Source: Octopus bimaculoides (lineage: Eukaryota). From it: 64,000 nucleotides of DNA. The stretch covers positions 14,711,978 to 14,775,977 of the forward strand of contig NC_068995.1 in the NCBI RefSeq assembly GCF_001194135.2, given 5' to 3'. Positions 13,211-27,000 of this stretch are shown here, in pieces. The number at the start of each line of letters is the position of its first letter. Positions within the stretch are counted from its first letter, which is position 1. Made by a program: the position numbers and the translations under genes. The notes below the pieces were generated by a model that searched no databases, was not told the origin of the DNA, and was given only the letters and a program-made list of their open reading frames with translations.

Positions 13211-15407
13211 ATCTTTAGATTATTTCTGTATCTTAAGTTCACTGCTTCCTTTTGATGAAAAGGCTCTGTAAAAGATCATATTTGCTGCCCTCTCTCCTAT
13301 GAGTTAGCCATAGCAGCAGCAACATTCTAAACCACCCATATATCCCTGGGTATCATCATCATCATAGTTTTAGCGTCCACTCTTTCCAAGCTTGCATGGG
13401 TTGGATGGAGCTTTATTGAGATATATTTTCTGTAGCCTGATGCTCTTCCTGTTGCCAACCCTCACCCGTCTCCAAGCAAAGTAATATTTCCTTGTGGTTA
13501 GACATGTTTACACAGAATATTGGAAATGAATGACACTACTTGTATGAGAGTGGCACTCACAATGATCACACTATGCCAACACACACACATTAATAAGCAA
13601 TCTGTATATCATACTTAAAGCATATATAAACTGTTAAAAGTCTATATACAATAGGTTTCTTTTAGTTTCCATCTACTAAATCCACTCACAAGGCTTTGGT
13701 CTGCCCAGGGCTATATTAGAAGACACTTACCCAAGATACCATAAAGTATGTCTGAACCTGGAACCATGTGGCTGGGTAGCAAACTTCTTAACCACACTGC
13801 CATGTTTGTGCCTGTACAAGCAGGTACAGAATCTTCCGTGTATTGCTTTATGTTCTACCTCCATATCTGACACAGCATTATTCTTAAGCCATGTCTGGGC
13901 TATGCTGTTTATTAAGAACTTAAAACATGAACTGTATTTCAAAAATATGCCAAGAAAGAAATTTGACTGATACATCAGACTGTAGAAAGTTCTTCATTTG
14001 TATTGCTACTAATCATTTCAGCTTATTGATTGGTTTCATTCTGGGATTGATATTGTGTAAATCCAGCAGTTAATAACAACCAGTATTCTCACCTGTATTT
14101 TCTAACAACTTGTACATAAATACTTACAGTCAGGTTTTTATGTCATGCAAAAGATTTTTTATGAGGTAATATATTTAAGACAACAGACGGTTGTCAGACG
14201 TGCTGTGGAGAGAAGTATAATCAGGTTATGAAAAAAATTAAGTATAAATGGGTTATAGGAACAATTTCTTCATGTATATTAATTGAAGAGTGAGCCATAA
14301 TAATTGAAAGAGTAATTAGGTGCTGATATGGCTGTGTAACTAAGAAGCTTGCTTTAGAACCATGTGGTACTGGGTTCAGTCCTACTGTGCAGCACCTTGG
14401 GCGGGTGTCTTCTGCTAAAGCTCTGGGGTGAACAATGTCTTATGAATGAATTTGGTAAAAGAAAATTGTGTGGAAGCCTGCTGTATGTGTGTGCGTTTTT
14501 ATATGTTCCCTCTCCATCACTTGACAACTGGTGTAGGTTTGTTTATGTCTGCATAACTTAGTAGTTCAACAAAAGAGGTTAATAGAATAGGTGTCAGGCT
14601 TCATTAGTTCTCTGGTTGATTTATTCAACTAAACCCTTCAAGGTCATGCTCCAGCATGGCCACATTCTAATGAATGAAACGCGTTAATGATAATATAAAT
14701 AAAAGTATGAGTTGGTAAGGAATGTATTCCAGGAATGTTGTCTTTGTTTCAACCAGGCTGATGCACCACTTTGTGCTGATTTTGCTCATTGTTGGTGGTC
14801 CTTTATCTACTGTATTTAAAAGGGTAAAAGACCCCACTTCGGTCATGAATGAGCATGGGATGCACCTAGAAGGTTCCCCACTGAGACACAAGTCCAGGCA
14901 AGGTTGTTTGTGGAATACCACCAGTCCCCCATGCATAACAGCCCCACTCTCCACACCATCGATGTTATCCAAAAGAAAGGCAAAGTCCGATACAGCTTGG
15001 CACCAGTGATGTCGCAGCTCATTTCGACAGCTGAGTGAACTGGAGCAACGTGGCATAAAGTGTCTTGCTCAAGAACACAACACATATTCCGGTCCAGAAT
15101 TTGATCATATTCTACTATATTGTTTAACCCCTCTTCCTTTTCCAGGTCAGCTGTTATTGAGTAGACCTTTGATCCAGCTGTGATCTTATCTTTTAGACAT
15201 AATGTTTATTGGATCACATTTTCCAATGTGTCCTATTGCTTTTTTTTTTTTTTCTTAAGACAGGCACAATTAAAAGAAATTTTGACTACTACTTCTAGCA
15301 GATTGGTGAACCATGTAGAGGCTCCTTCATTGGCTCAGAAACCTCGCTATTCTGACTATAAACTATTGAAAGTCTATAAAAGTAGTGTATTTAGATATCG
15401 TTTAAAC

Positions 15408-16077
15408 CAGGCCTGGCCAACTTGAATTACATTGCGGGCCACTTCAATCACAAAAAGTGTTTGAAGTCCACTTGTATACTTTATGCATTAATAGTCAAAT
15501 AATTAAACTACGGAATCAAAAGTTTTTCATACTTTTCATTTACTCTTTTACTTGTTTCAGTCATTTGACTGCGGCCATGCTGGAGCACTGCCTTTAGTCG
15601 AGCAAATCGACCCCATTACTTATTCTTTGTAAGCCTAGTACTTATTCTATCGGTCTCTTTTGCCAAACCGCTAAGTTGTGGGTACGTAAATACACCAGCA
15701 TCGGTTGTCAAGCGATGTTGGGGGACAAACACAAACACACACATATATATGTACATATATACAACGGGCTTCTTTCAGCTTCCATCTACCAAATCCACTC
15801 ACAAGGCTTTGGTCGGCCTGAGGCTATAGTAGAAGACACTTGCCCAAGGTGTCACACAGTGGGACTGAACCCGGAACCATGTGGTTCGTAAGCAAGCTAC
15901 TTACCACACAGCCATTCCTAGGCTATTGCTTTATTGCCATTTATAAATTTTAAATTTATTTTGAAACAAATGTTTAACACAAACAATTTTATTTTGAAAT
16001 TAAACACAATACTTTCAAAAAAAGTATCAAATGGGCTGCAAAATAAAAGTGTGCAGGCCACAGGTTGGCCAGCCCTG
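15408..16077. mobile_element. hAT (Charlie-like) MITE with a SINE inserted inside
   Basis: TIRs CAGGCCTGGCCAAC / GTTGGCCAGCCCTG; perfect 8-bp TSD GTTTAAAC at 15400-15407 and 16078-16085. Confidence 0.88.
15541..15919 (-). mobile_element. Young family A SINE (the most abundant repeat here, >20 full or partial copies in both orientations)
   Basis: Reverse complement of ggctgtgtggtaag..ggttcagtcccac..ccttgggcaagtgtcttctactatagcc..gtggatttggtagatggaaactgaaagaagccc..tgactgaaacaagtaaaagag; close to the + copy at 27834-28194. Confidence 0.9.
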
Positions 16078-16083
16078 GTTTAA

Positions 16084-16304
16084 ACCTTTAGCATTCAGAT
16101 TATTCTGCCAAATGTAATGCTTATTTATTCACATTGTTTTTGAATTAATCATGCATTACTTGTAGCTTTGAAACTTCAATGATGTAATTGTATATTATTG
16201 GAATGATATTGTAGAATAGGTGTGACAAGTGAGATCTCGCCAGATCTGAACATAAAACAGGCTGAATATTTGGCAAGGATGTACCCAGTTTAAATAGTAA
16301 AGGG
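16084..16304. mobile_element. piggyBac-like MITE family 1 copy abutting the hAT MITE
   Basis: TTAA|ACCTTTAGCATTC ... GTAAAGGG|TTAA; its left TTAA lies within the hAT TSD. Confidence 0.8.
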
Positions 16305-19123
16305 TTAAAAGTGTCAGAGAACAGTTTGGTTCCATTCCATAGCCTTTTGCAAAGGCTTTTCAATATCTGCAAGTGTTTAACCCTTTCATTGTTACATTTC
16401 TGTAGAAATATATTGTGTCTCAGTTCATTTTGAAAATACAGTAGAATTCATTAAAATAATTTTGGATGTGTACTTGCCAGGAAAAGTGATTGGTTCTGTA
16501 ACCATGTGCTGAAACTGAAAAAAATTACATGGAAGACATTTATTAAACATTTATTTGGTGTTAAAATTTTCATTGCAGCAACTCCAACTTAATCACCAAT
16601 GTAATTTTAGTATTGTTGGTGTGCTGAAAATTTGACACCAAATAATTAAGTAAAGTTTGTCTTTGTGTGTTTTTGAGTAGCTAATATGTATCTTCCATGC
16701 TATAATTGTTTTAGTAAAATCGCTTTGTCATTAAGTCGGTGTTCTTTATTATCATCATCGTTTAATGTCTGCCTTCCATGCTAGTATGGGTTGGACGGTT
16801 TGACAGGAGCTGGCCAGGCAGGAGCCTGCACCAGACTTCTGTATCTGTTTTGGCAGGGTTATTATGGCTGGATGCCTTCCTAACAGAGTGGTCCTTCTTC
16901 AGCAGAGTGGTCGAAGTGCTTTTTACATGGTCCCAGCACAGGCAAGGTCAGTTTTGGCATGGTTTCACAACTGGATGCCCTTCCAAATGCCAACCACTTT
17001 ACAGTGTGGACTGGATGCTTTTTAAGTGACACCAGCACTGGCAGGGTCACCAAGTAACTTGCAAGACAAAGATCCTTTGAGAGGGGAGGGGGTATTGGAG
17101 GAGGGGATTTTGTGTCAAATGATGAAAGGTTATAGTGGGACAGAGACAGAAACAGGTGTCTTGCTGTAGGGGAGGTACATGGTCACCCAACCAGAGTGAG
17201 AGAGAAATGAGTACAGAAACAGGTGTGCTGCTGTAAAGGAGGTACATGATTACCCAACCTGAAAAGAAGGAGAGAGAGAAAGAGAGTGGGAAATAGCAGG
17301 AGTGCAAGAGAGAGCAGGAGAGAGATGGTGGCAAAATGTCAGGCATACTCACAAGGGACGGGGACTAGAATATAAATAGGAATACACGGCAATGTAAATC
17401 AGAATGTAAGTGTTCAGAATATCAGTTAAAAAGAAATTTTGGTAGAATGTTTTACTTTAAATCACTTTTAAACTGTAAGCTTGTATGATTGTCAGAGACT
17501 GTTTTAGACAGGTTGGTATTAAAAGAGTTAAATGCTAGACATTTTAGAAACATTGGATCAGTGAATGAAGGAGGAAGTTTGAGAACCTGACCTGTGTTTC
17601 TCTCCAGTTCTGGTTATATTTGAACGTAATATAGTTTAAATAATGAATCAGTCAATGTATAAACAAAAGGTGTGTCAATAGTTGTTCTAGCTGTGTGACA
17701 GATGATAGTCAAATCCGATTTCCTCTTGTTCCACCAAGTGACTATTTGCATAAGTTATACAGAAGGAATGAATGCATGCACTCATAAGAGATTAATATTG
17801 AAGAAGTCAAATGAAAAAATAATGAGCTTAGATCTCTGGATGGCTTGTACCTGTTCGTGGGTGGCAAACTTGTTCCCTTGTTCTGTTTAACATCACCTCC
17901 TGGTCCTTGGGTACCTTTTAGTAAAAGGAATCTATTCTGTGGCAAAGAATTGGATGGATCAGGTGTTTGATTATTTTTTGCTTTTCTTGTCCACCAAATA
18001 TGGAGGTCTTAGAAAAAGGTCATGAGTACTGCTTTCCTCTTCCAGCTATTCATTAACAAAAAACATAATGAATTAATAAAAACATCTTGGATCTAAACAT
18101 TGAGGAAACAAAAGATTTGATACAAGCAGTGAATACTGATATGTCTTGTTCATCCCAAACCAGCATATAAAAATAGATTTTAATGATGATAGTGGTTGTG
18201 ATGGTTATTGAGGCAGCGAGCAGGCAGAATCATTACTGCTTTGGATAAAATGGTTGGTCAAACCATCCAACCCATGCCAGCATGGAAAGCAGACGTTAAA
18301 CAATGATGATGATGATGACTGTCATTACTTTGTCACAGTGTAGATGGAAAATGCACCAGAGTAGTTAATCAAATAATAACTGTCCTTAAAATGTGCAGAG
18401 TCTCTAACAAGGCTGATTTTGTATGACACCAATCTTACATGGTATTGTTAACCACTTAAAGAAGTTTCAATGGGATTGACTCAATGCTTGTGTGTGTACA
18501 TGAAAGAATAACTAACTAATTGCAGGAATGCAGACTTTTTTCAACCAATAGCATTGTATGTTTGAAGTAGATTAATTTTGATTGGTCATATTTCAAGAAG
18601 GCTGAATACACCCCTGGTTACTCCTTCTAATCACAAAAATCAAATTAGAGATCCTTACTAAGTTGAAGGAGCTTTTGTTAAAGACGTACATTTCCTCAGG
18701 TTAATGAGACTATAGTCAGATGCAACATTAGATTTCAAAATGCAGCTAACATTGCCAACAGATAATGACCAATGGCAAAAGAGCATTGACCAGTTTTGAG
18801 AACACTTCATCTTTGCTGGAAATGAAAGATGCTGCTGAAGAAGCAGTGTGTGCGATTGTGGAAGCATTACTTGAATTTTTATTGAATTCTTGTCTCCCAT
18901 CAATAGCCACTGATATTGTCTTTTAAGAGTTGTTGCTGTTAAGCACTTGATCAGCCCTGACTTAAAGCTTCCTAATATATTAGAGAGGAGGGGAATTGTT
19001 GTCAGGGAGAATTGTCCTGATATGGGCTAAACAACTATGCTCAGTGACAAGGACAGAGATCCAAGTTATACTGGAATGAATATAGAGAGAAATGAGATTG
19101 CTTCTGAATGTTAGATATGTTAA

Positions 19124-19307
19124 CCCTTTCGATATCACCCCGGATGAAACTGCCTCTGGCTCTGTACTACAAAAGTCTTGTTTTCATAGCTTTTGAATTA
19201 AAATCTTCCACCAAACCTTAGTCACAATTTTACTAAATTCTTTGTTATATTTAAAATTAATTGAAAGAAACACAGATCATCTCAAAATAAATACAGTAAC
19301 AAAAGGG
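19124..19307. mobile_element. piggyBac-like MITE family 2 (184 bp)
   Basis: TTAA|CCCTTTCG ... CAAAAGGG|TTAA; internal sequence differs from family 1; a related partial copy starts near 16380. Confidence 0.8.
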
Positions 19308-21147
19308 TTAATATGTTGTTAGCATTACTGTTTCAAAGCTAAATACTGTGTTTCCAGATTCACATGTATTATATTCTTAGCAACAATATCAGTTAATTGC
19401 CTCTAGGATTTCTTTCAAGTGTAAGTTAGGTTTATAACCATTATACTGGGAATGGTTTTACTTTTTGTTTACTTTTTCTATTTATCTTGGTAAGAAAAGG
19501 AAAGCACTGTAAGCGATAGCTGACATTGTATTATCTCAATTAGCCAGATGTTAAACTATTCATATAAAGTGAGTGAAATGAGAAAATTATGTTGTTGTGT
19601 GCATGATATTATCAATGGGAAGTTCTGTTCAAATATGGCCAGTTGGAACAAATACCTCTGTTTAGATTTGGTCAGTTTGAATGCTACTGAGTTTGTATTT
19701 GCTGTATGCTGTTTATCAAGAATTGATCAACCCAAATTACAAATCCAAATCTCATTAGGATGCCCTTAAAACAAAAGTGATAGCTGAAACTATTGATTTT
19801 AGTCATAATCAGGAACAGTTTTATAATCAATGTTATTTACAATTGGTTCATGTTGGCACAAAACTAAAATAACCAACTCAGCACGTAAAGTTGTCATTGC
19901 TGTTTAATCCCAGCTCAACACTGATCAACCAAACTTCTGTATGATCAAAAGCATTCCAGCTGTGACCATCTCTTCTTTTTAAGGCCATGTAAGACTACAT
20001 TATCTAATGTGTCCTCAATATTTTAAGGAAAGGTGGCGAGCTGGCAGAAACATTAGCACGCTGGGCGAAATTCTTAGTGGTATTTCGTCTGTCTTTACAT
20101 TCTGAGTTCAAATTCCACTGAGGTCGACTTTGCCTGTCATCCTTTCGGGGTTGATAAATTAAGTACAATTTGCATACTGGGGTCGATCTAATCAACTGGC
20201 CCCTCCCCCAAAATTTCAGGCCTAGAGTAGAAAAGGAAATTTTATGATTGCTTCTAGCAGGCTGATCAACTCTGTAGAGGCTTCTACTATAGCCCTGAGC
20301 CTAGTGAGTGAATTTGGTAAGCAGAAACTCTGTGGAAGCTGATTGTGTGTATGTGTGTATAGATGTATAGGTGCAGGCATGGCTGTGTAGTAAGAAGCTT
20401 GCTTTCTAACCACATTGTCCCAGGTTCAGTCCCACTGCATAGCACCTTGGGCAAATTTCTTCTAGCCTCGGGCTGACCAATGCCTTGTGAGTGAATTTAA
20501 ACACTATAAACATTGAAACTACTACCATCTACTATTATTTTCGTTTTTAAATAAAAAAAAAATTCATTAGATTGGTTGGTGGGAAGGAAATATGTTCATG
20601 GCCTTTACAAATCCCACAAAACTGATGAAAACAACATGTTCAATGTGACCCCTGAAGACTTGCAAGTCACCAGCTGCCGGAAAAAACTTTTGCAGAGAGG
20701 GAATTCTAGAGATCCAATATTCTCATAAGGAAGGAGTGGTTACAAAATTTAGCCAAGATCAGGGAGACAGACAATTAAAAATTAATCAGAAGCTCCTGGA
20801 ATTTGAACAACTGAGGTCACTATAAACTGGCGCTCTGTCGGTTATGACAATGAGGGGTCCAGTTGATCCAACCAATGGAACAGCCTGCTTATGGAATTAA
20901 TGTGCAAGTGGCTGAGTATTCCACAGACATGCACACCCTTATCATAGTTCTCAGGGAGATCCAGCATGAAACAGGATGTGACAAGGCTGGCCTTTTGAAA
21001 TGCAGATACAACTCATTTTTGCCAGTCAAGTGGACTGGAGCAATGTGAAATAAAGTGTGTTGCCACTGGGAATCGAACTCATGACCCTTTGATCATGAGC
21101 CAAATACCTTAACCACTAAGCCACAAGCCTTTCTTAGAGGTCATTGT

Positions 21148-21524
21148 CATGACATTCTGTTAGTTATGACGACAAGGGTTCCAGTTGATCTGATCAGCGG
21201 AACAGCCTGCTCGTGAAATTAACGTGCAAGTGGCTGAGCACTCCATAGACACGTGCACCCTTAACGTAGTTCTCGGGGAGATTCAGCGTGACACAGTGTG
21301 ACAAGGCTGGCCCTTTGAAATACATGTACAACAGAAACCAGAAGAAAGAGTGAGAGAAAGTTGTGGTGAAAGAGTACAGCAGGGTTCGCCACCATCCCCT
21401 GCCGGAGCCTTATGGAGCTTTAGGTGTTTTCACTCAATAAACACAACACTCAGTCTGGGAATCAAAACCGCAATCCTACAACCGTGAGTCCACTGCCCTA
21501 ACCACTGGGCCATTGCGCCTCCAC
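21148..21524 (-). mobile_element. Full-length tRNA-headed SINE (family D, possibly OR-type)
   Basis: 12-bp TSD AGAGGTCATTGT at 21136-21147 and 21525-21536; head gtggaggcgcaatggcccagtggttagggcag. Related tails at 20830-21130 and 2745-3045. Confidence 0.88.
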
Positions 21525-23248
21525 AGAGGTCATTGTATATCAGTAGACAAGGCAGAGAGGGGAAGTGGTAAGTCGATGCACTAGAAGTTGGAGTGTGTTA
21601 ATGAATGACCTCATACAAACCAGTTGATAATACAAAGCATTTATTAACCATTCCTGTAACAGGTCTGTACCTGCATGGTCATTTTTATTGTATGTAATGG
21701 CCAGCGTCTTTCAAAACACAATTACTTTTTCAATTCACTCACCGTTAATTCTTTTATTCTTTTGCTTGTTTCACTCGTTGGACTGCAGCCATTGCTGCAG
21801 AACCATCTTCAAGGGTTTTAAGTTGAACAAATCAACCCCCAATCCTCATTTTCAGTCTGGCACTTATTTTATTAGTCTCCTTTTGCTGCACTGCCAGGTT
21901 ATGGGAAGGTAAACAAATCAAAACTGCTGATCAAATGATGGAGTGATGGGGGTAGACAATTTCAAACACACTTGCTTGCACACACACACATACACAAAGA
22001 TAAGCTTCCACACAGTTTCCATGTATGAAATTTACTCACAAGACATTGGTCGACATGGTGCTATCATAGGAGGACACATACCCAAAATGCCATTCAGTGG
22101 AGGTGAACCTGATTCTTTTTTCTTTTTGTCTCAACTCCTTTTTTCGTTCAGCTGAGCATCTTTAACCTGTCTGGTCCATCACCAGTCATCACTGATGTTA
22201 CATTTAGTGTCCACCTTTTATATTATCACAACACCACAATATATAGTTAGTTGTCTACCTTTTGTGGTAAGACAGAATTTCAAAAAACTCAGTTGCTGTT
22301 GATGTTCAAACTTGCATGTCCTGATCGAGCAAACCTTTGATCTAAGCAATGGGAGTCAATACCATCCTGTCTTTTTATGGGTAGCTGTAACTACACTATT
22401 TAATCTGTCAGTACCTCTTTGTTAATATAGTTAGGTGGATTTAGGGGAGATTTGACTGCTACTTTTAGCAGGTCAAGAGACCGTATAGTTCCACCATCAC
22501 TAGTGCATTCAAGTTAGCATTCAGGTTATTCTATCAAATTTGATATTTATTTATTCATTGTTTTGAATTACTCATGCATTATCTCGTAGCTTCAGGATTT
22601 CAGTGATATGATGTGATGTGATTATTTTTAGAATGATATTCATAGGGTAGATATGAGAGTCCAGATCTAGTTATCTTGAACATAAAATAGGTAGAATATT
22701 TGGGCCAGATATGGCCAGTTTAAATGCTAAACAAAATCCTTGCTGTTGATAATGAACATCACCCAGTGAATCTAATCCAAATGTTAACCGCTTATCTCTA
22801 ATACCAGCACTCTGTCACCCAGTCAGTAGAGCAGCTTGTATTTCTTTTTTAATTCATGGCTGCTTTTGATATTATCTTCCACAGTACATCTGGCACTCTC
22901 TCAATACGCCTTTTGTGCACCTATTGTCTGCACTGGATCGATAACATTAATGAAGAACTTGAAGTGACCATAAATTGGATGCTATCACTTTATTAAAAAT
23001 TAAAACAAAGGTGATAAGCTAAATTAACAGATATTGATTTCTCAACTCAATTAGCTCTGACATCTTAAAAGTAACAATAGCTGATGTGGTCTTGTGTTTA
23101 CGTTGTTTCTGAAAACTAATAATTCAACAACCAAACTCATTGTAAGTGGATATCAACAAACTGAGCCAGAAATCCTATACAGTAAACCACATAACTACAT
23201 AATAAACAAGTTATCTGGAGTGCAAACGTTCTTTTTGTATTAATAAAA

Positions 23249-24060
23249 CTAGCAGAGATACCTGGTGTTGCCCGAATTAAAGAATAATGAAATTTAAAAA
23301 CACCATCTAGACTATGCAGGTCTCAACTGCTTGTAGCTGAGATACCAACTTTCTACATTAATAATTTTCCAACCCATGCCAGCATGGAACATAGATATTA
23401 ATTGAAATGTTAAAAAAAAGATTGCAACTCATATATGTATATAAAATAAATACCTGTAATTCAAAAACACACTCTGTCTAGCTTATTTCGTAACCAAAAA
23501 GCAGGTACAGATTATAAACAATGAAAGGCCGATTTTGATGATTCATTTGACAGAGGTAGTAGAGAGCCAACCTGATGATAAATCTGACCTTGGATCTTGA
23601 AAGTTTGCATGAATCCTGGCTCAGTTAAATCTCTTGTGGCTCCAGATGTCATCTGTAGTGCAGTGTCGTACTGTCTAGTTTTGTTTTGGAATTTGTTGGA
23701 ATCTTGGCCAGTTGATGACAACAGTTTTTTCAATGTCTCATGAGGTTGGGGGATTGCAGGGAGTTTAACCTTTTCACCACTGCAGCACAAGAGACATGCA
23801 ACATAAAGAGTATACCCCTTCGTCAGTTGTCCCTGTTTCATCTACTCTGCATTTTGAAGGCAAGGACAATATGCGACTTTGTTGAAACAGTCCTTCCCGC
23901 AAAACAAATTAAATAAAATTTGAGATTTTTTGCGGAGGGTGAAAGTGTTAACAAGAACAGGACAGTGAGAACAAGACAGTAAAAACAAATGGTGAAGGCT
24001 GTTGAGCCAAGACGATAGAAAAATTAATTGTTTGTGTGTCCTTCTTTTGATAAACAAGTG
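23249..24060 (-). mobile_element. Internally deleted Helitron remnant
   Basis: ORF 23512-23841 (CCSGEKVKLP..LKKLL..QYDTALQMTSGA..FMQTFKIQGQIYHQVGSLLP) matches the RepHel N-terminal region. Downstream on the same strand, CGGGCAACACCAGGTA..CTAG|T is a degenerate hairpin plus the canonical CTAG 3' end at 23249. 5' end not resolved. Confidence 0.85.
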
Positions 24061-27000
24061 TCACACCATCATACAAGTCAAGCCCTTTGTTTTCAGTTTG
24101 CTATGTAAACATTTCTGGTCATGGGGAAATATTAATTTGCTTGCAAATAGATGAGGGTTGGCAACAGGAAGGGTATCCAGCCGTAGATAATTTGCCTCAA
24201 TGAATCCTGTCTGATCCATATAATCATGGAAAAGCAAGTGTTAAATCAATGATAATGATTATAACCCCATATTTTCACATTTTAATCAGTTTGATCTTCA
24301 ATCATCATCAGACTACACTTGACCTAGCTAAGCTAATTTCTAAGCTAAATGTTGTTATCCACCAAATCACTGATGCATGAACAATTTACATACAAATTTT
24401 TAGATATTTCTATTTATCTTTCAGCAAAAGATTTGGTGTGATGTCCAATTTAAGGAATATGATCATGATTGGAGATGAAATTAATTGAAACCTAGATTAA
24501 GTGTCTGAAAAATTATAATCTTTCAATCAACTGAACCAAAAGATTCAATATTGTCAAATTCTGTTAGTTTTCTAGTACCTTCCCGTCCTTTCATATAAAT
24601 CTTTATTTTATTATTTTCATCAGCTATTTACTTCAACATGTGAAACTGGTTGTTTTATATTTCAACTTATTTCATGCTTCATATGGACCAAATGGTTGTT
24701 GTTGCTGAAATCCAAGCCATACCTGATTAAGCAAGATATATGATCCATGGTGTTACAGTCATAATCGTCATTTTGTTTTTCTTTTTGGTCATAGTGTATC
24801 CAAAACTACATTATCCAATAATACTAGAATGTGGTTTGAGGGAGATTTTGTTGCTATTTCTAGCATGCTAATCAACCACGTAGATATAAATCTTATTGTC
24901 ACAAAAAAGCACCCAGTCCACACTGTAAAGTGGTTGGTGTTCGGAAAGACATCCAGCTGTAAAAACCTTGCCAAAGCTGAATTTGCTTGCACCGTGTAAA
25001 AAGCACTACTCACCTCACTTGTGCTTATGCCACACAAAAAGCAGTAAGTACACTCTGCTGAGTGGTTGGTGTTAGGAAGGGCATCCAGCTGTAAAAATCC
25101 TGCCAAACAGTCTGGTGCAGGCATTGGCCTGGCCGGATCATGTGTTCCACCCATGCTAGCATGGAACGTAGATGTTAAATGATAATGATAAGATATATAT
25201 ATATATATATATCTTCCAAATGGCACCAGTATCTGCCATAGCTGTGGTTGTGCACAGCTTGATGGGTCTTCTTCTCAAGCATGGCATAATGCTAAAGGTC
25301 TTGGTCATCACCTCAGTGAGGCCAAACCCTTGAAAGGAACTCAGCCACTTTGCTTCTGTGAGGCATTTAAAGTATTTGATGTAAGGAAGGGCATCCAGCT
25401 GTAGAAACCATGTCATATCAGACTGGAACCTGGTGCAGCTCCCCAGCTTACCAGTTTTCAGTCAAGCCATCCAACCCATGCCAGCATGGAAAACAGATGT
25501 TAAATGGTGATGATGATGATGATGACAACTGTATTTAAAACAAACTACTAGCACATTTTACAAAAAAATATTACTATGGGGAGTGCTTTCTTCTGAAACT
25601 CTGCCATTATATTTTCTTAGAATTTTTATGATTTTATGTTGATTTTTCTTACTTTATAATTGGTTTTGTAGTACAAAAATTGCTTTGAAATGTGACACTG
25701 TCAGGCTGTGGCCTTCCAACATAGGAATGTTTGCTACCCTTCTAAGTGGCCAATAATTGGTTTATTGCTTGTTTCTCCTTATACTTTCCAATCCTTGTAT
25801 ATAATAAACCTACATAGTGATGGATAAGCCAGTGAGAGAACCTCTGTGATCACTTGACTTGTTAGAAATAGCAAGCAAATCTACCTCAAATCACACCCTA
25901 CTAGCTTCTAAAAAGAACACATTGGATATCACCCAAGATACATTATCTGAAAATATGTGAAAAAAAAGAGAAAAAAAAACAGTTTAATTCTAGCTGGAAT
26001 CCATTTGTTCATAGTTCTCCTCTATCAGAGATGGCCTGGGGCTAAAGAACAACAACTCAGTATTGATTCCAAATAGTTTGGTCCTTATCTAACAGTTAAA
26101 TCTTATGTTGCTACTGTCTGAAGAAGAGTTAGGTTTTTCTCTTACTCCATTGGGATTCCAAGAATTTTCCAATCAATTCCTATAGCCATCACAAAGAATG
26201 GTTTTAAGTGAATTATTTTCCAAGTTAATTATATTAGCATTGGTATCATATTGTTGTTTAATCCTGGATGTATAGACTTAATGATAAAAGGTCTTCTAAT
26301 CATTACCATCCATTTGTTATCTTTTTTTTTTTTTTAGTCTGCAATTTGTAATTTGAGGGAAATTTCACTGCAGTTTCTAGCAGGTTACGCAACCATGTAG
26401 AAGTGCAGGTATGGCTGTGTGGTTAAGAAATATGCTTCCTAAGGACATAATTATGAGTTCAGTCCCACTGTATGGTACCTTGGGCAAGAGTCTTCCACTA
26501 CAGCCTCAGGCCAACAAAACCCTTGTAAGTGGAACTGGTAGATGGAAACTAAAAGAAGCCCACCATGTGTATGCTTATTTGTGTCTTCTTGCCTTAGCAT
26601 CATGCCATAGTTGTAAACAAGCATCACTGTCATACAAGCGGTGTCCTTCATTTCCTGTCTTCTGTGGAAATAGGTCTGGCCTTGGAGAGATATCACCTTG
26701 CTTGGAAACAGATGATGGTTGGCAACTGGAGGGACATCTGGTCATAGAAACACTGCCTCAACAAATTATATTTGACCCATGAAAATATAGAAAAGTGAAC
26801 ATTAAAAAGATGATGATGATGATGATGATGTAGAGGCTCTTTTGTTAGCTTATGTTGATGTAGTTGTCAGCTGTGGAACTATTTTCTTATTCATGTACAT
26901 CTGTCTCTCCAAACTGCATGTCAAACAAAGAATGATTTTTGTCCACGTCAGATTCTTTCACAATATACAAAGAAGGTATTAAATATTAGGTTTAAAAGGC

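Noticed and set aside
14100-14110. 9-nt minus-strand microexon (ttgttag|AAAATACAG|gtgag)
   Set aside because: Weak pyrimidine tract, only ~26 nt from an upstream donor, and no host gene identified.
14757-22950. Possible + strand TLC-domain-like exons (LMHHFVLILLIVGGPLSTVFKR at 14757-14823; YIWHSLNTPFVHL near 22885)
   Set aside because: The donor lies in a SINE tail, the conserved Glu and HH-to-STPF spacing do not fit, and the second frame stops within 20 codons.
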